Shown here piece after piece: positions 53,268 to 64,000 of a stretch of 64,000 nt of DNA (position 1 is its first letter; each line of letters starts with the position of its first letter). The position numbers and the translations under genes were made by a program. Source of the stretch: an uncultured Chloroflexia bacterium (GTDB lineage Bacteria; Chloroflexota; Limnocylindria; Limnocylindrales; CSP1-4); NCBI GenBank assembly GCA_963768655.1, contig CAVYIM010000005.1, positions 192,001 to 256,000 on the forward strand, read 5' to 3'. The notes beneath the pieces were generated by a model, which saw nothing but the letters and a program-made list of their open reading frames with translations, did no database searches and was not told where the DNA came from.

Positions 53268-53606
53268 ATGGAGATGCAAGCGCGACGTTCCTTCACTCTT
53301 CGCTTCGAGCACCCGGAAACGCACGACCTGCTCTCGTTCGTCTCAGATCGACTCGGTGTCTCCATGAACCAGCTCGCCGAGCAGATGATCACTGCCGAGC
53401 TGGAAGTGGTGAGTGCGGGCCTCCAGGCTGACCTGATGCACACCCTCGGGATGCTGGATTCGTACCGAGGCGACGCAGAGGCCGAGGCTGATGCCTTCGC
53501 CCGCGCCGAGGCAACGTTCGCGGATCCGATCCACGCCAGAATGGTTGGCGGCGACGACGATCCGTTCGGCATTGCGTCCGCCTTCGAGTCTGGCGCTCGC
53601 GGCTAG
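53268..53606 (+). CDS. Putative antitoxin / DNA-binding protein upstream of Fic
   Basis: RSFTLRF...L..VS..LGVSMNQL RHH-like pattern; 3 bp from the fic gene. Confidence 0.7.
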   Translation: MEMQARRSFTLRFEHPETHDLLSFVSDRLGVSMNQLAEQMITAELEVVSAGLQADLMHTLGMLDSYRGDAEAEADAFARAEATFADPIHARMVGGDDDPFGIASAFESGARG

Positions 53607-53609
53607 ATC

Positions 53610-54248
53610 GTGCCCATACCCTGGAACGCCGACCCGCCGGGCTCCGGCAAGCGGCTGACGGCCAACCTGCGCGCCATCGCGCTGGAGATCAAGCACGACG
53701 CCCCCGAGCGCCTGCCCGCCACCACGACCATGGCTCAGGAGTGGCATCGCCGCGCCTTCGCAGGGATAGCGCTGCCCGTCCCCTACTACGCGGGCGAGTT
53801 CCGCGACACCGACGCGGCCCTCCCAGAGCTGATCGGCTACGAGGTTGAGGTGGGCGGTGTCCGCGGTGTTTCGTCCGCGGATGTGCCCGCGGCGCTGCTC
53901 GCCTTCGAGTCGGGGATGCGCGCCGCCCTTGCGGCGCTGGACCCGGTGATCGCCGCCGGGGCCAAGCCGGCTACGGTTGCGGAGCTGGAGGCCGCCCTCC
54001 GGATCGCAGCCATCGCCCACGGCGAGTGGACCCGGATCCATCCCTTCGCCAACGGCAACGGCCGAATCGCTCGGCTTTGGGCCAACTGGGTCGCCGCCCG
54101 CTACGGCCTGCCGCTCTTTGTTCGGTTGCGCCCGCGTCCGGCCGCCAGTCTCTACGCCGGAGCCGCGGCTATCTCGATGCGCGGCGACCACGCGCCAATG
54201 GTCGCGGTTCTGCACGAGATGCTGCGGTCGTACCTCGGCGAGAGCTGA
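53610..54248 (+). CDS. Fic/Doc family protein
   Basis: IHPFANGNGRIAR motif. Confidence 0.93.
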   Translation: MPIPWNADPPGSGKRLTANLRAIALEIKHDAPERLPATTTMAQEWHRRAFAGIALPVPYYAGEFRDTDAALPELIGYEVEVGGVRGVSSADVPAALLAFESGMRAALAALDPVIAAGAKPATVAELEAALRIAAIAHGEWTRIHPFANGNGRIARLWANWVAARYGLPLFVRLRPRPAASLYAGAAAISMRGDHAPMVAVLHEMLRSYLGES

Positions 54249-54265
54249 CGGGCGAAGGCGTCGAT

Positions 54266-54367
54266 GTCGATCAGGTCGGCCGCCACGAGCCGCAACCGCT
54301 GCTCCGAACCGCAGCGACGGCGGCCAGCTGGGCCCACTTCGATTTCGAGGCCTTCCTTGCGTTCGAC
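54266..54367 (-). repeat. hsdR-derived fragment C (matches 56907-57005)
   Basis: [30 protein letters not shown], with small indels and mostly third-position changes. Confidence 0.85.
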
Positions 54368-54432
54368 GTAGCTGTACTTCGCGCTCCAGCGCTCAACGTC
54401 CGCAATGGGGAACCGGAGACCGAAAGGAGTCC

Positions 54433-55107
54433 TCACTTGGCCTCCAGGGACCAGTCGATTTCCGGCCGCTTTCGCCTGACCAGCTCACGATTGGCAGTGC
54501 TAAACGGCTTGCTGCCCGAAAACCCGCGCCACGCGGAGAGGGGCGACGGATGCGGGCCTTCGACTACTACATGTCGGGCTCGATCGATCATGCGACCCTT
54601 GGACCTCGCGGGATCGCCCCAGAGGAGGAATGCGATGGGCTCTGGCTTGGCCGCCACCGCGTCCACGACGGCGCTTGTGAATTGCTCCCACCCATGCCCG
54701 GCGTGGCTGCCCGCCCTGCCTCGTTGGACGGTCAGCACCGTGTTCAGAAGCAGGACGCCGTGCTGGGCCCAGGGCTCGAGAGATCCGCTTTCCGGCATTT
54801 TGAACCCGCAGTCGGACTCCAGCTCCTTGAGGATGTTGTTCAGCGATGGTGGTCGCTTCCTACTGAGGGTCGAGAAGGCAAGTCCGTGCGCCTGCCCCGG
54901 CTCGTGATAGGGATCCTGGCCGAGGATGACCGCCCGCACCTTGGCAAAGGGCGTCAGTCGGAGGGCTTCGAACTCCTTGCCGGCCGGCGGGTAGACATCG
55001 TGGTGCCGCCGCTCCTCGGCGACGAAGCGGTCGAGGGCGGCGAGCTCCAGGGCGGCAACGCGAGGGCCCAAGGCGCTGAGACAGTCGGGTGGGGTTGACT
55101 CAATCAA
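54433..55107 (-). CDS. ung: Uracil-DNA glycosylase (family 1)
   Basis: VYPP, ILGQDPYH, AHGLAFS, PPSL.NI, VLLLN, HPSPLS motifs; TTG start after GAAGGAG. Confidence 0.93.
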   Translation of the reverse strand: MIESTPPDCLSALGPRVAALELAALDRFVAEERRHHDVYPPAGKEFEALRLTPFAKVRAVILGQDPYHEPGQAHGLAFSTLSRKRPPSLNNILKELESDCGFKMPESGSLEPWAQHGVLLLNTVLTVQRGRAGSHAGHGWEQFTSAVVDAVAAKPEPIAFLLWGDPARSKGRMIDRARHVVVEGPHPSPLSAWRGFSGSKPFSTANRELVRRKRPEIDWSLEAK

Positions 55108-55120
55108 CGCACGCTCTCCT

Positions 55121-55411
55121 TCATCGCAAGCCGTGCATCGCCAGCGCAACCAGCACCCAGAAGATCAAAGTGACGATGGCGCCTGCCAGCGCGAGCCCGA
55201 GGCCCCAGCCCAATCCTTGGACAAAGTGGTATTGGAACCCCGGAAGCGTCGAGCGCCGACCCGGTCGCGGTAGAGCTCCTGCGAATGCGGCCCCGCAACC
55301 CGCGCAGTAGAGATCGTCGGTGGCGACACGCCGCCCGCAGTTGGCGCAGATCTTGACGTCGCCAGCCGCTGCTCCGCTCGGATCAGCCTGGGTCCTCGAG
55401 TACTGGCTCAT
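55121..55411 (-). CDS. Zinc-ribbon membrane protein
   Basis: CANCG...YCAGCG followed by a C-terminal TM helix. Confidence 0.75.
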   Translation of the reverse strand: MSQYSRTQADPSGAAAGDVKICANCGRRVATDDLYCAGCGAAFAGALPRPGRRSTLPGFQYHFVQGLGWGLGLALAGAIVTLIFWVLVALAMHGLR

Positions 55412-55441
55412 CTTGGCCTCCACGTTACGCATTGGCGTGAG

Positions 55442-58592
<3,151 letters not shown>

Positions 58593-58596
<4 letters not shown>

Positions 58597-60015
58597 CGAG
58601 GATTTCAGCGTCTGTGTGGGAGAACACACGACGACCATCTTGGAACCTCGCGTCATGGCCACGTAGAGATTCTTGGAGTCATGGCGGATACCGTCGAGGA
58701 TAACTACTACCTCGGCCTCGAGGCCTTTCAGAAGGAGCGTGCTACCGACGGCCCTCGACGGCAACGCTCTACCTGTCGCTCTATACCTCTCGCGCTCACG
58801 CATCGCTTGATCGGCGAATGTTCCGTTTCCCGCTCCGCAGGCACGAAGTGCCGCCAGGCAGGCTCGCAAGACCAGTGGTCGATGCACGCCCACTCCTGGC
58901 TGGACTCGGATGGTGTCCAGCAAAGAAGCCGCTCGAGCATGAGAAGGCGCTTCAAGGAACGCCAGCCCGGCGCTCTCAACTGCGCCAGCAGGCGTTCGTG
59001 CGGTACCAGCAGCAAGAGTTCTCAATCGTGCTAGGAGCCGCGGGACGTCGGTGTTCGTCATCAGTCGCTGCCCGTAAGCCAGGAGCTCCTGGATTGAGTC
59101 CGCTGATGCGACGTCGAAGCCCTCGGCGAACTGGACAAAGTCCCTGAGATCGACCGCCTCGACCATGACTGCGCCTGGCGTCTGGCTAGCGAAGAGACGT
59201 TGGCCCTCCGGATTCGAGCTATCCCCAATGACAAGTACCGACCCCGTGCCCCCCGGAGCTCGCGTCAGAGCTGCGGCGTGTCGCTTCTGTTGATCAGTGG
59301 TTCCGTCGAGCTCAACCCAACGGACCTCATCGGGCGCGCCACCGAGGTCAATGGGTTGCCCCGACTGGAGATCGTTTCGGGCGGAGAGAAGCCATCGACC
59401 AAGCCCTTCTGTTCCCGCATTGATCCACCTCCACGGAGTGTCGAGGGTCCCGGCGATTGGAAACGACCGACAGACTTCGGCGTTCCAGTCTGGCAACTGA
59501 TCGGCGCCAAATCCGAATATCGCCTGCATCGGATCTCCCAGGACGCAGGTCGGCAACGCTTCCGAAACCAGCTTCAGCAATTGGTGCTGCCGAAGCGAGC
59601 AGTCTTGGTACTCGTCGACAATCAGCCGTGCGTAGGTTGCCTCGACGATGTCCTGCAGGCTCCGATCGGCGAGCAGGTGCGATGCAGCCTCGCGGATCTT
59701 CGGGTAGTCCCCGCGGTGATCATCTAGTCGGAGCACGGCCGGATCGATCGAGCTCCTGACCGGAAAGGTAGAGGCTAGCCTCATCGCCCAGCCATCCACG
59801 GTTGCGAGGACATAGGACGAGGGCGCCACCCTCGCTCGGCCAAGTCGTGCGCGGAGCGCCGCAACTCCCGCATTCGTGTGGGTAATCACGAGCACGGGTT
59901 TCTTCTCGCGGTGGCGCGACAACGCAGCTACAACCTTGTACGTTTTGCCGCAGCCAGCGGGCGCAGTCACGCACCCGCGATCTATGGCCAGGAGATCTAT
60001 GTCGTCATCCGGCAT
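58593..60015 (-). CDS. UvrD-like helicase (Gabija GajB-like); reads in frame into hsdR as sequenced
   Basis: [41 protein letters not shown] motifs. Confidence 0.88.
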
Positions 60016-61735
60016 TCGTAGCCCAATCAAATAGGGCCTCGACGGCGATCTTGAAGGGAGGATCGGAGCCTTCGAGCCCTGGGCCGACAATCTCCCGAGC
60101 GACGTCCTCCATCCTGGTGACGCTCTTGAACCACGGCTTCTCTTTCGATACGGAAGCCTTCCCGAGCGCTACGCGATGTGCCTGCCCAATCGTTCCATCT
60201 CTGCAGATAGCAAGGATCACTTCAGAGTCATAGGCGTTGCTCGAAGCTGACTTGATTTGGTCATCGACGAGCTCCTTGCCCACGAGGTCCACGGCCCGCT
60301 CGGTTAGCTTCTCGACGGCCGCGGCCGGCAGACTCCAGAAGAGTTCCTGCTCGAGGCATCGTCCGTCTCGCCAGGCAACGACCATGCCGCCGGCGCCCGC
60401 GAATGCCGCCTCCGTCGCCGCGTCCGGTTTCTTGTCGTCATCTCGCATGACGGCGGCCGCGTAGCCGAACCCTCGGAACATGGCGGCACGTTCGATGGCT
60501 CGATCTGGGTCCCCACCACCAGAATCCACCAAGCCAACGCCAAGCGCGGATATCGACGTCTTCCCAATCGATACCCGATGCTGGTCTAGGCCACGGACGA
60601 GACCGACCTCACTCGCGCCCTCGCAGACAATGACGGAGTGGGCTAAGAAGGCATCGGGGGCCTTCCGAATTGTCCCCTGGCAGACATCCGAGGCGCCGAC
60701 CGCAACGACCGTGTGCACCGCCCCGGCCTTGCGGGTCACGAACACCTGGGTCCCCGATAGCTCGGCTAGCGCCACCGGGGAGTGCGTGGTCATGAAGACT
60801 TGGAGTGGAGGCTCGGAGGCCTTCGCTCCCAGTGACCCAAGGAGGCGGATGATCCGATGGGGCTCGAGCCCATATTCGAGTTCATCCAGCAGCACCACGC
60901 TGGCACTGGAGGCCGCCCTGCGCTGGAGCCCCGCGACGAGAAGACGAGCCGAGCCAACGCCAAGACCGCGCAGGGGAACGCCGTCTTCGCTATGCAGCGA
61001 GATCACCCCTCCGCTGAATGAAACCGCATGAACGTCGAGCATCGCCTTGACTGCGGCGCCCACGGGAATCCCAAGTTCTTTGGCTGTAGCCGCCACGGCG
61101 GCCAACACCTCGCCAAGCTGGACCGCAGCGCTGTCCCCGAATGTCGCGCGCGCCTCCCGTCCGGCCTTCGCTAGAGCCGAGCTGAGTTCGAGCTTCTCAT
61201 CGGATATCCGCGTCAACACCGACCCGCGACCCCAGCTCAGTTGGTAATCGGCCGCGACTCCAATCCGGGCTGGCGCGATCCTGACTCGATCTGCCCAGGC
61301 GAGATTGCGGGATTGCCCCTGTTCAACGGCTCGATCGGAGACTAACGACCAAACTGGCTCAAGATCGCTTTGGACAGTGAGCCTCACGGTGAGGACCGTC
61401 TCCAGACCATCCCCAGGCTCGTCCTCCATGGCACCGGTCGCTGAGTTGAAGCCCCGCAAGTACGTGCCGTAGCTGTCCAGGTTCCTCAGCCCATCGTCAA
61501 GGTCCCCCAGCGTTGCCGAGATGGTCAGGGGCGCGTCGACCTCAAGTCGGTAGAAGTCTGAGTCGCCGAACTGCAGATTTCGGCGGGCACCCATGCATAG
61601 GTCGATAGCGTCCAGAATCGTCGACTTGCCGCTATCCCCGGGGCCGATGAGGCAGTTGATTCCAGGAGACGGGACCCAGTCGAGGGTCTGGATTCCGCGA
61701 AAGTGCCTGATCTCAAGCTTGCGAATCCTTGCCAT
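60005..61735 (-). CDS. OLD-family ABC ATPase-TOPRIM endonuclease (Gabija GajA-like)
   Basis: [55 protein letters not shown] and RDDD. Confidence 0.9.
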   Translation of the reverse strand: MARIRKLEIRHFRGIQTLDWVPSPGINCLIGPGDSGKSTILDAIDLCMGARRNLQFGDSDFYRLEVDAPLTISATLGDLDDGLRNLDSYGTYLRGFNSATGAMEDEPGDGLETVLTVRLTVQSDLEPVWSLVSDRAVEQGQSRNLAWADRVRIAPARIGVAADYQLSWGRGSVLTRISDEKLELSSALAKAGREARATFGDSAAVQLGEVLAAVAATAKELGIPVGAAVKAMLDVHAVSFSGGVISLHSEDGVPLRGLGVGSARLLVAGLQRRAASSASVVLLDELEYGLEPHRIIRLLGSLGAKASEPPLQVFMTTHSPVALAELSGTQVFVTRKAGAVHTVVAVGASDVCQGTIRKAPDAFLAHSVIVCEGASEVGLVRGLDQHRVSIGKTSISALGVGLVDSGGGDPDRAIERAAMFRGFGYAAAVMRDDDKKPDAATEAAFAGAGGMVVAWRDGRCLEQELFWSLPAAAVEKLTERAVDLVGKELVDDQIKSASSNAYDSEVILAICRDGTIGQAHRVALGKASVSKEKPWFKSVTRMEDVAREIVGPGLEGSDPPFKIAVEALFDWATNAG

Positions 61736-61750
61736 TTCGCGCCCCCTAAG

Positions 61751-63052
61751 CTAGCCGATGCGACCTATCGGTTCGCCCGCCAACAGTGACGGCAGCATGG
61801 CATCGCGCAGCCCTTTGAGATCGCGACCCTCATGCTCAATCAATTCCATCTTTGATCTGATTGGGCGGGCAGCAGCCTCGAAACGGGATAGAACGGGGGC
61901 GCTTGGCTCAACGACCCGAAGCCTCGGAATGCTGCGGACATTCAGCGCGTCGAGGATGGTTCCCGCGTCGGTCCTTTGCACGATTTCGTCCCGCATCGAG
62001 TCCGACCTCAGGGCTTCGATAAGGAAAGTAGGCCATGGCTTGTCACTGCGGCATCGAACGGCAGTCATGTTGCGGCCAAGTGCAGCCCGAACGCCGTTCG
62101 GGACTTGCGCGACGGCTCCGACCCGGCCGACGTTGGTTATTACGCAGTCGCCGGGCGATGCCTCAATCCGGGCAGTCCACGCTCGATAATCACTGTCGCT
62201 GATGAAGTACTCATCGGCCATATCGAGGACGCCGTCCTGACGGATGTTGTCGAGCTGAAGCAACGGCCGGCCATTCTCGCGACGCTCAGGCTTCTTCGCA
62301 TGGGAGCAGTCGATCACGTCAGCAATCGAGCCGATCTTTGCGACACGCCAGCCCGTTGGGATCTCGCCTAGCTCCGAGTCTTCGAACGAGCTCGGGAAGA
62401 GATTGGCCACTTGACTGGCCAAGCCTGGATCGCGGCCTTCGGATTTGGCGCGGACGGGGTCGAAGTCGATGAACCAGGACTTGAAGAGCGCGCGGGCCGT
62501 CAACTCGAGTGTCTGGCTCATGCGGCGGCTCAGATCGATCTTGTCGTCTAGGGCGCCGAGCGCCGCGGCGATGCGCTCTTGCTCTGCGAGCGGAGGCAGT
62601 GGGATGGGCAGCTCGCGCAGCACTCCCAAGTTGATCTTCTGGGTCACGCTGCCTTGCAAGCGGGCGGTCAGCCATTGCACCGCCACCGGGGATTTGAGGA
62701 AGTAGTCCACGTATCTGTGGTCGACTGAGTCACCGAGCGGAATGACACCGACGTCTCGCGAGACGTTCGCCCCGGCCAGTTCAGGCGGCACGATCGCCGT
62801 GTGTCCTGGTTCGGCTATGAGATTCACCAGAAGCTCTCCGCCTCGGAGAATGGTGCGCCGGAACTCGAGGCTGACCGCTTCGGTGACGCGCTTGTTACCG
62901 TCGAACACGATCCTGCCGTTTCGGATGTCACCGCCGCGGATCACCGGAATGCCGCCGGGAATGAAGTCGCCGACCTTCACGATCCCGTAGGTGATGCCTC
63001 GCTCCTGGTCGCATAGGTCGCCCAGGGGTCTCAGCGGCCACTCACTCCCCAT
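61751..63052 (-). CDS. hsdS: Type I R-M specificity subunit
   Basis: Two TRDs; [39 protein letters not shown] motifs. Confidence 0.95.
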   Translation of the reverse strand: MGSEWPLRPLGDLCDQERGITYGIVKVGDFIPGGIPVIRGGDIRNGRIVFDGNKRVTEAVSLEFRRTILRGGELLVNLIAEPGHTAIVPPELAGANVSRDVGVIPLGDSVDHRYVDYFLKSPVAVQWLTARLQGSVTQKINLGVLRELPIPLPPLAEQERIAAALGALDDKIDLSRRMSQTLELTARALFKSWFIDFDPVRAKSEGRDPGLASQVANLFPSSFEDSELGEIPTGWRVAKIGSIADVIDCSHAKKPERRENGRPLLQLDNIRQDGVLDMADEYFISDSDYRAWTARIEASPGDCVITNVGRVGAVAQVPNGVRAALGRNMTAVRCRSDKPWPTFLIEALRSDSMRDEIVQRTDAGTILDALNVRSIPRLRVVEPSAPVLSRFEAAARPIRSKMELIEHEGRDLKGLRDAMLPSLLAGEPIGRIG

Positions 63053-64000
63053 ACCCGAGCTCCCGCAAGTTGGCATTGATCAGCTCGTCGAGGCGCGCCG
63101 CTTCGGCTTGCTGCTCGCGGAGGGTGGCGACCAGGCGGCGCATCTTGTCGTCGAAGGGTTCGGCGTCCTCTTCGGCCGCCTCGGCGCCGACGTATCGGCC
63201 GGGGGTTAGGACGTGGCCGTGGCCGCGGATCTCGTCGAGTTTGGCGGATTTGCAGAAGCCGGCGACGTCAGCGTATTCGGCCGCGTCGGGATCGCCGCGC
63301 CAGGCGTGGTAGGTGCCGGCGACCCTGGCAATGTCGATGTCGGTCAGGTCGCGGTGGGTTCGATCGGTCATCGAGCCGAGCTTTCGGGCGTCGATGAAGA
63401 GCGTCTCGCCCCGCCGGTCGCGGAAGCCGCTGTTGCGTTTGTCGCGAGCGAGGAACCAGAGGCAGACCGGGATCTGGGTCGAGTAGAAGAGCTGGCCGGG
63501 CAGGGCGACCATGGCGTCGACCAGGTCGGCCTCGACGATCGACTTTCGGATCTCGCCTTCGCCCGACTGGTTGGTGCTCATCGAGCCGTTCGCGAGCACA
63601 AAGCCGGCGATGCCGGTGGGCGCCAGATGGCTGGATGAAGTGCTGGACCCAGGCGAAGTTGGCGTTGCCCGCGGGCGGCGTGCCGTAGACCCAGCGCTTG
63701 TCGTTGCGCAGCAGCTCGCCGCGCCAGTCGCTGTCGTTGAAGGGCGGATTGGCCAGGACGTAGTCCGCCTTGAGGTCCGGGAAGGCGTCGGCGTGGAAGC
63801 TGTCGCCCTGGGCGATGTTGGCGCCGATGCCGCGGATGGCGAGGTTCATGTTGGCCAGGCGCCAGGTCGTGTAGTTGGACTCCTGGCCGTAGATGCTGAT
63901 GTCGCCGACGCGGCCGCGGTGCTCCTCGATGAAGCGCTCGCTGGACACGAACATGCCGCCCGAACCGCAGCAGGGGTCGTAGACGCGGCCCCGATACGGC
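63042..64000 (-). CDS. hsdM: Type I R-M methyltransferase subunit, 5'-partial, apparent +1 frameshift near 63629
   Basis: [38 protein letters not shown] motifs. Confidence 0.95.

Noticed and set aside
44800-55440. Integron cassette array or prophage
   Set aside because: No integrase, attC-like sites or phage structural genes are visible in the window

Overview
High-GC bacterial chromosomal segment. The gene repertoire (ECF sigma factors paired with Asp-box proteins, XRE-HTH/nuclease gene, PT-repeat lipoproteins) suggests Chloroflexota such as Limnocylindria, but this is inference. Positions 1 to ~44.7 kb are mostly core or metabolic: 2 tRNAs (Arg-UCU, Glu-CUC), an orphan DNA methyltransferase, RDD, DUF1015, a SufR-like regulator, adenosine deaminase, an amino-acid ABC transporter with a duplicated binding protein, lipA/E2/lpdA, NnrE, ppc, GGDEF, an AGE epimerase, a PAS hybrid kinase, LysM-M23, an amidase and asnA. 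Positions ~44.8 to 64 kb are a defence island. It contains a type I R-M operon (hsdM-hsdS-...-hsdR) with a Gabija-like OLD nuclease and UvrD helicase pair nested between hsdS and hsdR; as sequenced, the helicase reads in frame into HsdR. Downstream are a Zn-ribbon gene, ung, three TA-like modules, DUF4268, HNH, a NERD-helicase and a lipoprotein interrupted by IS256. This cargo array is punctuated by short same-orientation copies of one ~500-bp region of hsdR that appear to derive from different alleles. Seven apparent single-base insertions, six frameshifting conserved genes and one at the helicase-HsdR junction, look like long-read consensus errors.
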